Below are positions 18,419-26,940 of a stretch of 64,000 nucleotides of DNA, in pieces; within the stretch, counting starts at the first letter, position 1; every line of letters begins with the position of its first letter. This DNA comes from Nanobdellota archaeon (GTDB lineage: Archaea; EX4484-52; LFW-46), in NCBI GenBank assembly GCA_018897155.1, contig JAHILE010000045.1, positions 2,236-66,235 of the forward strand, written 5' to 3'. The notes below the pieces were generated by a model. The model did no database searches, was not told where the DNA came from, and worked only from the letters and a program-made list of their open reading frames with translations. The position numbers and the translations under genes are program-made.

Positions 18419-19423
18419 ATGAAAAAGAAATTAAGAATAATGTCTTTATTTGCCGGTTGCGGCGGCATGGATTTGGGATTCCTTATGGCTGAACACCCCG
18501 AACTGGCTTATGAGCTTGTTTGGGCTAATGATTTTGATAAAACCGCCTGCGAAACATACAAAAAGAATTTTAAGCACGACATAATATGCGGCGACATTTG
18601 GGATGTTGACTTAGAGAAGACACCAAGTGTGGATGTAATTGTTGGCGGTTTTCCATGCCAAGATTTTTCAATTCTTAGAGGGGAAAAAAGGCAGGGCTTC
18701 GACTCTAAAAGAGGGCTGTTATACACCAGATTTGTAGAAGCAGTTGCCAAAAAACTGCCGTTATTTTTTGTGGCTGAAAATGTTAAGGGGCTGCTTACAG
18801 CTCACGATGGATGGGCTATAAAAAAGATAAAAGAAGATTTTGAAAAAGTTGATCATGTCGGCTACAAAGTCTGCCATAAACTGATAAACTTTGCAGATTA
18901 CGGCGTGCCGCAAAATAGAGAAAGAGTAATAATCGTGGGAATAAGAAGCGACATAAAGGCAAGTTTTGTATTTCCCGAGCCGACGCATAAAGACAAGCAT
19001 GTTCCTGCAAAAATTGCATTGTTAGGAGTGGAAACTGTGAAACTTAATAATGAAAAGATAAATATTCAGCCTTCGACAAGAAAAAAACTTGAGTTAATTC
19101 CAGCAGGCGGCAATTATCGCAGTTTGCCCGGTTATGAAAATAGAAATTGGATGAGTTTAATATATAAGCGGCTTCATCCAAATCAGCCATCCCCAACTAT
19201 CGTGGCAAACGGAGGAGGAGGAACATGGGGATATCACTATTCAGAGCCAAGACCTTTAACAAACAGGGAGCGGGCAAGAATACAAACATTTCCCGACGAT
19301 TTTGAATTTGCGGGCAATATTTCCGAAGTTAGAAAGCAGCTGGGCAATGCGGTTCCGCCGCAGGGAATAAAGCCTATTGCTGAACAGCTTCTTAGAGCTA
19401 TAAATGGTGTTAAAACGGCTTAA
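18419..19423 (+). CDS. dcm: DNA (cytosine-5)-methyltransferase
   Basis: Motif I FAGCGG, motif IV GGFPCQDFS, motif VI ENV, motif X QLGNAVPP; 334 aa. Confidence 0.9.
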   Translation: MKKKLRIMSLFAGCGGMDLGFLMAEHPELAYELVWANDFDKTACETYKKNFKHDIICGDIWDVDLEKTPSVDVIVGGFPCQDFSILRGEKRQGFDSKRGLLYTRFVEAVAKKLPLFFVAENVKGLLTAHDGWAIKKIKEDFEKVDHVGYKVCHKLINFADYGVPQNRERVIIVGIRSDIKASFVFPEPTHKDKHVPAKIALLGVETVKLNNEKINIQPSTRKKLELIPAGGNYRSLPGYENRNWMSLIYKRLHPNQPSPTIVANGGGGTWGYHYSEPRPLTNRERARIQTFPDDFEFAGNISEVRKQLGNAVPPQGIKPIAEQLLRAINGVKTA

Positions 19424-19429
19424 TCGCAA

Positions 19430-20269
19430 GTGATGCTTTATATTCTTTTCTACTCAATAGTGTTTATGCCGAATTTGGATTTGAATAACGCTTCAGAGTA
19501 CATTGGTATAAAAAGGGCTCTTCTTGAGCGTATAATAAAAGACGGGCGCGAATTGGAGCGCGTTAAAGAAGGCAGAAAATATGTTTTAAAAAGTGAAGAT
19601 ATTGATGTTTGGAAGCAGAGAAAACAGCAGAGACTTGTTGGCTTGGATAAAAACGATTTTATCAAGGCGTTTAAGTTTGCGATAGAAATTAATTATGCAG
19701 GTCATACAAGAGCGGATTTTGGCACGGCGAGGCAAAGAAGTGTAACTCAAGCTGTTGAAAATTGGACCCAAGGCGCCCTTGCAGAAATAGCACTTGCAAA
19801 GTTTATCAAACAAAAATTCAATGTGGATATTGAGCTTGAGTACCGAATATTTGAAGATTCTATTGTCGGTCAGGACATAGTGTCGGTTAAACGGCGGGGC
19901 GTCGCAAATCCTCCAAGAAAACGCATAAGCGTCAAAAGCGGAAAAGAAAATGGAATGATGCTGATTGTTCCAGTCAATGAAGTCGAAAGAGACGAGAGGG
20001 TTTCGGATTCTTATGTTTTCGTAAGGGTGTTTTACCCAACTGATTTTATCTTGAGGCTCTTAAGAGACCTTCCAGACATTTCGGATAAAAAAGATAAAAT
20101 TCCTGAATTTTCTGGCTCTAAAGCGGAAATTGTCGGATATTGTCCGAAAGGTGAACTTGAGAAGAGGGCAGTTCCAGAAGCAGGCATAGAGGAAGAGCGG
20201 TACGTTAAGCCAAGCGGAAAAATGCATAACAGCGACGTCGATTGGCAAAGATTTGCCAACGAACTATAA
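19430..20269 (+). CDS. Hypothetical protein between dcm and vsr. It has an N-terminal excisionase/MerR-like HTH and is a candidate cognate restriction endonuclease or other module partner
   Basis: GIKRALLERIIKDGRELERVKEGRKYVLKSEDIDVWK resembles HTH_17. The remaining ~220 aa are unrecognised. Co-directional with dcm (6-nt gap) and convergent with vsr (overlapping 3' ends). Confidence 0.5.
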   Translation: MMLYILFYSIVFMPNLDLNNASEYIGIKRALLERIIKDGRELERVKEGRKYVLKSEDIDVWKQRKQQRLVGLDKNDFIKAFKFAIEINYAGHTRADFGTARQRSVTQAVENWTQGALAEIALAKFIKQKFNVDIELEYRIFEDSIVGQDIVSVKRRGVANPPRKRISVKSGKENGMMLIVPVNEVERDERVSDSYVFVRVFYPTDFILRLLRDLPDISDKKDKIPEFSGSKAEIVGYCPKGELEKRAVPEAGIEEERYVKPSGKMHNSDVDWQRFANEL

Positions 20270-20683
20270 CTTTTTAACCAGCCTTGAGATGCATGACTTT
20301 GCATCTTTCTTGATTTCATGTTCCCATATTTTCACTACTTTGAAGCCTTGTTCTTTAAGGATTTTTTCGTTTTCTCTATCTCTTTTTACAGTTCTTTCAA
20401 TTTTTGGCAACCAGTAGTCTTTATGACTTTTTGGCTCATTATAGCATTTTGGACATTTGTGCCAAAAGCAACCGTGCAGAAAAACCGCAGTATTCGTTTC
20501 GTATATTAGACTGTCTGGACTCCCTCTTATTTTTGGATGCATCTTATGTTTTATTTTTTTGGCTTTCAAATAATTATGCATCTTTTTTTCTTGAGACGTC
20601 CATTTACTTCGTATTCTTGACATTGTTCTGCTTCTTTGCTCTTTTGTAAGTGTATCTGTCATATATACGCTATAGATATTCAA
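20264..20683 (-). CDS. vsr: Very-short-patch-repair endonuclease
   Basis: TKEQRSRTMSRIRSK N-terminal motif and FLHGCFWHKC catalytic block; 139 aa. Confidence 0.9.
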   Translation of the reverse strand: MNIYSVYMTDTLTKEQRSRTMSRIRSKWTSQEKKMHNYLKAKKIKHKMHPKIRGSPDSLIYETNTAVFLHGCFWHKCPKCYNEPKSHKDYWLPKIERTVKRDRENEKILKEQGFKVVKIWEHEIKKDAKSCISRLVKKL

Positions 20684-20809
20684 GACATTTTATTAATGTT
20701 TTGAAAACTATCGTTGTGACTATTATGCCCGAAAGATTCTAATTAACCCTACCGGTAACCGTATTCAAAAATTCACTAAAGATTAAAGAAAAAGAACTAT
20801 AAAAGCAGC

Positions 20810-20858
20810 CGCACTCGCGCCTAATTACGCAAAAGTGCAGCTGCCTCATTAGCATTTG
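20810..20858 (-). terminator. Stem-loop followed by T-tract downstream of rpl12 (minus strand)
   Basis: GCAGCCGCACT...AGTGCAGCTGC imperfect 11-bp inverted repeat, followed on the minus strand by a T-rich run. Confidence 0.35.
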
Positions 20859-20873
20859 CTTCTGCTAGAAAGT

Positions 20874-21179
20874 TTATCCGAACAGCGCGCCGAGTCCAGC
20901 AGCTGCTTCTTCTTCCTTCTTTGCAGTGTCTTCTTTCTTTTCTTCCTTCTTTTCAGCCTTTGCTTCTCCGCCAGCCGCTGCAGGTGCTGCCGCAACTTGT
21001 GCGACTGCTGCCTTTGCGATAGCTTCGTCGATGTTCACGCCATCAAGAGCTGAAACAAGGGCTTTGACTTTTGCGTCATCAACCTTTGCTCCCGCTGATT
21101 CGAGAACTTTTTTCACGCCATTTTCATCGACTTTTTGCCCTGCGCTGTGCAGAAGCATTGCAGTGTAGATATATTCCAT
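20874..21179 (-). CDS. rpl12: Ribosomal stalk protein P1 (aL12)
   Basis: [14 protein letters not shown]... with Ala/Glu/Lys-rich tail ending GLGALFG. Confidence 0.9.
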   Translation of the reverse strand: MEYIYTAMLLHSAGQKVDENGVKKVLESAGAKVDDAKVKALVSALDGVNIDEAIAKAAVAQVAAAPAAAGGEAKAEKKEEKKEDTAKKEEEAAAGLGALFG

Positions 21180-21204
21180 AATATCACCATTAAATCATTA
21201 GTTA

Positions 21205-21396
21205 TCAATATTCATCAATTACGTAGGTTGTATTCAAAATTTTTGCTGAAACATTATTATTTTTTAGGAACTCTATAAATCCATCTTCACTATGTTTATC
21301 ACCTTTATCATGGTATGCGCGAAGATATTTTTTCATTTCTACATCAGTCATGTTGGATTCGACCTCTATTCGAACAGGTCTTCCAGGTATCTCCAT
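21205..21396 (-). CDS. Small hypothetical ORF wedged between rpl12 and rpl10
   Basis: 63-aa ORF with no homology recognised; may be spurious. Confidence 0.3.
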   Translation of the reverse strand: MEIPGRPVRIEVESNMTDVEMKKYLRAYHDKGDKHSEDGFIEFLKNNNVSAKILNTTYVIDEY

Positions 21397-21449
21397 TTTT
21401 TGAGTGCTCTATAAGATATCTCAAATATATTTCTCATATATTTCACGAA

Positions 21450-22295
21450 TTACTGAATCTTTGCAGTACTTTTCACCGAAATCGCCTGCAGATTTGCCTT
21501 TGCAAGCAGGTGCGGAATTATTTCCTTTTCAAGGATTGTTGCGTTTATGCCGAGGTTCAGTGCATTTCTATAAGCTTCAGATAGTTTCAGAAGCACAACG
21601 TCTTTTGTGAGGTAGTTTGCATTATATGCAAGATTGAAAGCATTCCTATATGCCTGCACAATCTGATTAACATAAGCGGCTTCATCAACTGCAAGCAAAT
21701 CTTTTCCATAGACAATGCCGCCTTCATATATTCCAGGCACATTCAGGCATATTTCCATTGGCTTTATATTTAGTTTTCCAAGAATTCCTGCAGCGGCTTC
21801 GTTTATGACTTCACCCTGTTTTACTAGTGTTTTTGTTTCTTTGATCACTATATTAGGTCCCTGTATTGCTGCTTTTATCCCTGCTTTTTGAAATTCTGCG
21901 ATTGCAGGTCCTGGAGGCAGGTTTGTCGGGCCTTCTTGAACTATGATGTCTATCGGCGCAATATCTCCTGCTTTTGCCGATGCTTCTGATTTGTTCTTTT
22001 CGATTTTCTTGTATAGCTTGAATGGATTGTCTGTGCTTACAATCAATGCAGGAATATGAACTTTGAGTTTTGTGAGTTCGCTGATTTTGTCTTTTTTCTT
22101 CTGCGATGCTTCAATTGCCCTGTAAATGACGCTTTTCTTTGTGACGATTATTTCGGCTGAACCGCGCAATCCCTTTTTTATGTTTTGAAGCATCGAAGAA
22201 GGAAGCTTGCTTATGTCGACAATCCCGACAGTTGCATTTGATTCAATAAGCTTTTCAAGATCTTTTACTTTTTCAGTTTTCCATTTTTGAACCAT
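21450..22295 (-). CDS. rpl10: Ribosomal protein P0 (aL10)
   Basis: Conserved N-terminal L10 domain and internal AYRNAFNLAYNA / AYRNALNLGINA repeat; lacks the usual acidic C-terminal tail. Confidence 0.85.
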   Translation of the reverse strand: MVQKWKTEKVKDLEKLIESNATVGIVDISKLPSSMLQNIKKGLRGSAEIIVTKKSVIYRAIEASQKKKDKISELTKLKVHIPALIVSTDNPFKLYKKIEKNKSEASAKAGDIAPIDIIVQEGPTNLPPGPAIAEFQKAGIKAAIQGPNIVIKETKTLVKQGEVINEAAAGILGKLNIKPMEICLNVPGIYEGGIVYGKDLLAVDEAAYVNQIVQAYRNAFNLAYNANYLTKDVVLLKLSEAYRNALNLGINATILEKEIIPHLLAKANLQAISVKSTAKIQ

Positions 22296-22340
22296 TTTTA
22301 ATCATCTCTTTTTACATTGGATTAAAAAGCTTGAAAATCT
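22296..22340 (-). promoter_or_regulatory. Conserved ATG-proximal element (CAAGCTTTTTAATCCAATG...GAGATGATTAAAA-ATG), putative TATA/promoter of rpl10
   Basis: 19-nt block identical to the spt5 5' flank; the AT-rich TTTTTAAT core lies about 25 nt upstream of the ATG. Confidence 0.35.
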
Positions 22341-22368
22341 CGAAGATTTTCAAGATAAACATTACCTC

Positions 22369-22995
22369 TTAAATTAATTTTACCGGCGCGCCCATCGTCG
22401 CTTTCAAATAAACCGCCTTTATGTTCTGCTTTCCATTCGGAAGGCGCTTTTCAACTCCTGCAAGAACTGCTTCAAGGTTTTTTCCAAGTGCGTCATCATT
22501 CATTTGTTCCATTCCTATCGGGCAGCTTATTACCGGTGCGTCTTTTACAACAACCCTTACTGTTTTTTTCAAGCGCTCTATCAAGGGCTTTGGATCAACT
22601 GTGCCTGGAAGCGGTTTTGGCATTTTTCCTTTAGGACCAAGCCGCTTACCGAGGGATTTTCCGATGCGCGCCATAAACTGCGGTTCGGATATGAAATAAT
22701 CAATATTTCTTAAAAGTATCTTCTGCTCTTTTGCACTTCCCTCTATTTGCGCAAGTCTCTGTTCATTTATAAGTTCATCAGCTTTGTCCTTTGCAGTGAC
22801 TACGAGGTTTGCTCCAATTACACCTACTTTTACATCTTTGCCTCTGCCTTCTGGAAGAATTACTTCTTCAACAAAACGGTTTTCCTGTTTTTTTGAGTCA
22901 TAATGCTTAAGATTAATAATTACGTCGATTGTCTGGTTGAAGTTTCTCTTAGGCTCCTGCTTTCTTATTTCCGCGAGCTGTTTTGAAATGTCCAT
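22369..22995 (-). CDS. rpl1: Ribosomal protein L1
   Basis: 208 aa, full L1 fold signature (GRGKDVKVGVIG...KAVYLKATMG). Confidence 0.9.
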   Translation of the reverse strand: MDISKQLAEIRKQEPKRNFNQTIDVIINLKHYDSKKQENRFVEEVILPEGRGKDVKVGVIGANLVVTAKDKADELINEQRLAQIEGSAKEQKILLRNIDYFISEPQFMARIGKSLGKRLGPKGKMPKPLPGTVDPKPLIERLKKTVRVVVKDAPVISCPIGMEQMNDDALGKNLEAVLAGVEKRLPNGKQNIKAVYLKATMGAPVKLI

Positions 22996-23008
22996 AAATA
23001 CACACCCT

Positions 23009-23764
23009 CTATTTCTTTGTATCTTTCTTAGCAGCTGGTGCAGTACCTACCACAGCCGCTGCTCCAGCAGGCGCTTCCTTCGGCATCACCATTTCCATTA
23101 TATCTTTTGGTATGCCAAGTTCCTCGAGTTTGTGCTTGATTCTGAATGCTTCCTGTCCCTTCATTTCTTCGACAGTCTTCTTTGCAAGTGTTTCGAACCT
23201 CTCGCGTCTTGCTTTTGATTCTTCTGCCATTGTCTTCTTTTCTTCTTCGATTTGCTTGAGCTCTTCTGTTGAAAGCTCTGTTTTTTCCTGTGTAATTTCA
23301 ATATCATAAACGCCTTTTTCTATGTCTTTTACAAGTTCTTTTGCAGGTTTTCCTTCAACAAGAACTCCGAGCGATACGCAGCTTCCGACAACCATCTTTA
23401 CGCCGTTTTTGAGGTTGCGTGAAAGCATCCCATCTTCCTTCATCTTTGCGATTTTGATTGCTTGTTCGATTCTCATATCTGCGATATTTTCAATACCTGA
23501 TTTTGATGCGAGCTTATCAAGTTTTAATTCTTTTTTAATAAGTTCTGCAGTACTTGGGCTTCCCACTTTTATTGAGAATTCCTTTGTTGCAGGATCAACT
23601 ATGACTTTAACAGGTACTTTTATTCCAGCAAATGCTTTTGTCTTTTCATTGATTTGATCCACTATTGCCTTTACATTGACTCCAAGCGGTGCGAGTCCCG
23701 GACCTAAAGGCGGTCCCGGCGTTGCCTTTCCGCCATCAACTATAACATCGAATGTTTTTGACAT
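23009..23764 (-). CDS. rpl11: Ribosomal protein L11 with about 90-aa charged/coiled-coil C-terminal extension
   Basis: The N-terminal 160 aa are canonical L11 (GKATPGPPLGPGLAPLGVN...). The C-terminus adds an EK-rich helical segment and an Ala/Pro/Lys tail. Confidence 0.85.
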   Translation of the reverse strand: MSKTFDVIVDGGKATPGPPLGPGLAPLGVNVKAIVDQINEKTKAFAGIKVPVKVIVDPATKEFSIKVGSPSTAELIKKELKLDKLASKSGIENIADMRIEQAIKIAKMKEDGMLSRNLKNGVKMVVGSCVSLGVLVEGKPAKELVKDIEKGVYDIEITQEKTELSTEELKQIEEEKKTMAEESKARRERFETLAKKTVEEMKGQEAFRIKHKLEELGIPKDIMEMVMPKEAPAGAAAVVGTAPAAKKDTKK

Positions 23765-23780
23765 AAAATCATCTCATAAG

Positions 23781-24092
23781 TTAAGCTGTTGCGTTCATGG
23801 TTACATGGCAAATTTTTCGTACATAGGGATCGTATGTTGTTGGATTAACTAAACAAAAATCTTTTCCTTCCAAATCAGCTACAACCTTGTGTGTAAAGTC
23901 ATTGTAAACCGCAGGTACTTCAATCATCATGTGTTCGCTCGTATTTCCTTTTAGCATATCTTCAAGGCGTGCAGCACTGATATTATCACCCAATTTCTTA
24001 AGGCAATATAGGATTTCTGGAATTGAGGTGGGATATCTTTCAAGTCTTATTTTATTGGAACCACTTTTCAATCTAATAAAGTCGACAGTCAT
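23781..24092 (-). CDS. Hypothetical protein inserted between spt5 and rpl11
   Basis: 103-aa ORF whose ATG overlaps the spt5 stop (ATGA). No family recognised. Confidence 0.4.
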   Translation of the reverse strand: MTVDFIRLKSGSNKIRLERYPTSIPEILYCLKKLGDNISAARLEDMLKGNTSEHMMIEVPAVYNDFTHKVVADLEGKDFCLVNPTTYDPYVRKICHVTMNATA

Positions 24093-24520
24093 TTAATCAC
24101 TTTCAATAAATCTAATTTAATTGTAATCGGTATCGGAACCGCGCTTTCGATGAGCTCGATTCTTGCTTCGCGTTTGTCTTCATCGATTCGCACAATCTTT
24201 GCTTTTTCGTGCTTGAAAGGGCCACCGATTACTTCGACAATATCATTTACTTTCATTGTGATTTCTTTTGTTGCGACTTTCATGAATGTTTCAAGCTGCT
24301 CTATTGCAACCGGCTTGTTTATCAGGCCGCGAACATGAGGTACGCCTCGAAGGACATCTGTGATGCCTTCTTCAGAGCCTTCTATGAAAAGATAGCCTTT
24401 CAATTCTGCAGGCGCAAATATTGATTTTATGTCAACCGGCTTCATATGGGCTTTTGTGGTCAGTGTGTCCAGTACAGTTCTTTCACGTCCTACAGTTGTC
24501 CTTATTGTGAGTATTGTCAT
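24089..24520 (-). CDS. spt5: Transcription elongation factor Spt5 (NusG-like, NGN+KOW)
   Basis: 143 aa, KOW segment GDIVEVIGGPFKHEKAKIVRID. Confidence 0.85.
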   Translation of the reverse strand: MTILTIRTTVGRERTVLDTLTTKAHMKPVDIKSIFAPAELKGYLFIEGSEEGITDVLRGVPHVRGLINKPVAIEQLETFMKVATKEITMKVNDIVEVIGGPFKHEKAKIVRIDEDKREARIELIESAVPIPITIKLDLLKVIK

Positions 24521-24610
24521 TTTTAATCATTCTCCAATTGCATTGGATTAAAAAGCTTGGTACAAGCCATGATTTTTAATCATTCTCCATTTGACTGGAT
24601 TAAAATCATC
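24521..24610 (-). promoter_or_regulatory. Tandemly duplicated ATG-proximal element upstream of spt5 (two copies of the rpl10-type element)
   Basis: Copy 1, abutting the ATG: CCAAGCTTTTTAATCCAATGCAATTGGAGAATGATTAAAA. Copy 2, about 45 nt further upstream: TTTTAATCCAGTCAAATGGAGAATGATTAAAAATCATGG. Confidence 0.35.
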
Positions 24611-24688
24611 TCGTTTGCTGTTACAAACTTGAAGCTTTTGAGCTTCGCTCAAAAAGCATAAAACTTGATTTTCCTGATAAACATACAC

Positions 24689-24862
24689 TTATACTGCGCC
24701 GATAGCCACCATGATAATGTAAATCACATATCCAATTAATCCCATTAAAAGCGCACCTATTCCCGTAACCTTTGCAGCTGCCACGAATTCCTCACGGCTT
24801 GGTTTCTTCATAATTTGGAGCACGCGGATATATTTTTGCAAATAATCTCTGATTGGCATCAT
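24689..24862 (-). CDS. secE: Preprotein translocase SecE / Sec61-gamma
   Basis: 57-aa ORF (below track cutoff): MMPIRDYLQKYIRVLQIMKKPSREEFVAAAKVTGIGALLMGLIGYVIYIIMVAIGAV. Conserved KPsreEf motif plus a single C-terminal TM helix; canonical position upstream of spt5. Confidence 0.7.
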   Translation of the reverse strand: MMPIRDYLQKYIRVLQIMKKPSREEFVAAAKVTGIGALLMGLIGYVIYIIMVAIGAV

Positions 24863-25053
24863 GATCACTTATAACATTTTTTTGAGAGAAATAGTTGTTA
24901 AACTAAATCCCTCCTGCCGAAGCAGTCATGAAAATCTTTACGCATATTGTTCAGATTTTCAAGCTTTTCAAAGTTGAAGCGAGCCTCAACTATTGAAAAT
25001 TGTTGCGGGTCTTATTTTCTTTGCGCTAAAGATTTATAAATACATTGGAATAC

Positions 25054-25224
25054 CTATTCTTCACATCTGCCGCTTGAAAGGCAGCCGTATGTGTTGCAAC
25101 CAAATAGATAACATTCCTCTGTTGGTGATGCAGATTTTGGAATGAACTCTTCCAACCGTTTCTGTTTTGTATTTTTTTCTATTTCAAATATTCTGTCTGA
25201 GTAAATTTTATTTATGTCTGCCAT
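25054..25224 (-). CDS. Small Cys-rich ORF (56 aa) between secE and aRF1
   Basis: MADINKIYSDRIFEIEKNTKQKRLEEFIPKSASPTEECYLFGCNTYGCLSSGRCEE has a C-x4-C-x4-C-x5-C cluster at the C-terminus; not in track (<60 aa). Confidence 0.25.
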   Translation of the reverse strand: MADINKIYSDRIFEIEKNTKQKRLEEFIPKSASPTEECYLFGCNTYGCLSSGRCEE

Positions 25225-25268
25225 AAAATCACTTAAATTAGTGGCACCAGAATTATTTAAATCTTGTT

Positions 25269-26453
25269 TTATTCCACTACATATCTTAATATGGCGCCAA
25301 TTCCGCCCAACTGTATAAATTGCGCGCCTTCCTGCGTTTCTACAGATACTAGCTCGAATTTCGCGCCGGTGTTTTTCGCCAGCTCTTCGAGTTTTGCAAA
25401 TACGTCAATTTCATCAGGCGTTATTTGCGCGCTGCATTTAGGGCAGAATGTTGGAGCATGCTCTGCTCGTTTAACAATCTCATCTTCATGGCTGCAGGCC
25501 GTGCATTTGATGGAATACGCTTTGAATTCAAAGCCTTCCGAAACAATCAATGTATCAACAGCGCCGATAGACATCGCTTTTTCAACTTCGAGAAACCCAT
25601 AGGTTACAAGCCGCGTGTCTTTTTTCAGGTGCTCGAAGAATTTGTTCAGGATTTCCTTTTCTTTCATCACTGATGCTTCTTTTAGGATGTCGCTTGAGCG
25701 CTCGACAAGCTCGCGCAATCCGTCTTCTCCTGCATAACCCGTATCTTTTATTCCGAGTATTTTTTTCTTTACGGATTCAAAAAGAAAGTTGCCGTTAACG
25801 AATTCGTCTTTTATTTGTCCCGGACCTCCGACAATTATTCCGACAATGTCTTTTTCTACTTCAAAAGTCTTGTTCACAAGATCCCCGAAGTCTTTCATGA
25901 ATTTGAAAAGAATCTCTTCTCTTATTCGCGAGAAACGGATGCTTGATTGTCCTCCTTTTCTCTGTTTTCCGGGCACGTGCGATGTTTTTTTGACAGCTAC
26001 GCTTATTGCTTTTCCGCGAAGGAATGCGACAGTGGCTTCATGGGTGTCAATTGAAATCAAGCCGTAGTTTTCCCGCTCGCGTATCATGTCCTGAAGCGGC
26101 TCAAGCACAAATGTCTGATCGCATCTGTAAATGCGCGTGGTTACCGGTTCAGGCGGAATGATTTCCCAGATGCGCATGTCTGTTTGGCCTTCGTTCTCAG
26201 AAATATTGCCGCAAAGTATGGCCAGGCCATTTTCCGGCGTGACTTTATAGTTCTTCAGCTTCTGGCCCGCTCTTTCAAGAGCGGTTGTTACATTTTTTCG
26301 TGTTGTTCGAGATTTTATGTTTTCTGCAGTCGCCGCCTCGTTGAATACGAGGTTTCTTATCTCGTTTATATTGTAACCTTTCGGAATGTATATGCTCACA
26401 AGATCAGTGTGCCTGCCGCGCATTTTTGACAGCTCTGTGACAAGGCGCTTCAA
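25269..26453 (-). CDS. prf1: Peptide chain release factor aRF1
   Basis: GGQ motif (KKGGQSSIRFSRIREE), eRF1 three-domain length (394 aa), C-terminal CxxC...CxxC. Confidence 0.9.
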   Translation of the reverse strand: MKRLVTELSKMRGRHTDLVSIYIPKGYNINEIRNLVFNEAATAENIKSRTTRKNVTTALERAGQKLKNYKVTPENGLAILCGNISENEGQTDMRIWEIIPPEPVTTRIYRCDQTFVLEPLQDMIRERENYGLISIDTHEATVAFLRGKAISVAVKKTSHVPGKQRKGGQSSIRFSRIREEILFKFMKDFGDLVNKTFEVEKDIVGIIVGGPGQIKDEFVNGNFLFESVKKKILGIKDTGYAGEDGLRELVERSSDILKEASVMKEKEILNKFFEHLKKDTRLVTYGFLEVEKAMSIGAVDTLIVSEGFEFKAYSIKCTACSHEDEIVKRAEHAPTFCPKCSAQITPDEIDVFAKLEELAKNTGAKFELVSVETQEGAQFIQLGGIGAILRYVVE

Positions 26454-26940
26454 TTGTTTTGAGGTATAATTTGGATTGATAGAATCACCGGATACGATAT
26501 GACTACATTAATCTATGGATAATAAATAATCTAATATATTGAATGGAGAAGAAATTTTAATAAATCGATGCTATAATATCACTGAATTGCTTTTTTCTAA
26601 ATAATTGTTAAATTCAGCTCAAAATGTACGCCACGCTCGTTAGTTTTAATTATATAATATACATTTTCTTTTATCGGCGTCAGGTCCCCAAGTTCAATAG
26701 GGGGTTTTGGGACGGGAATTTCAACGCTAAGGAAATTTCCATTCCCATATCTTGTTTGAAAGTAGCTTCCGCAATTTATCGACACAAAATCGCTTTCATA
26801 CGAGTTCAAATATTTTTTCGAACAGTTATCCATGCGCTTATCTTATTTATTAATTTTAAAAATGTTTATTTCTGGTTAATTTAACAATTTTTGAACTATT
26901 TGAGTGATTATGACTTAATTCAAGACAAATAAACGCGGAA

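Noticed and set aside
20926-21168. Ala-rich 80-aa plus-strand ORF
   Set aside because: Antisense shadow of the Ala/Glu/Lys-rich rpl12 tail.
26597-26884. 78-aa minus and 86-aa plus overlapping ORFs between aRF1 and topA
   Set aside because: No motifs, AT-rich, mutually overlapping; probably intergenic/promoter DNA.
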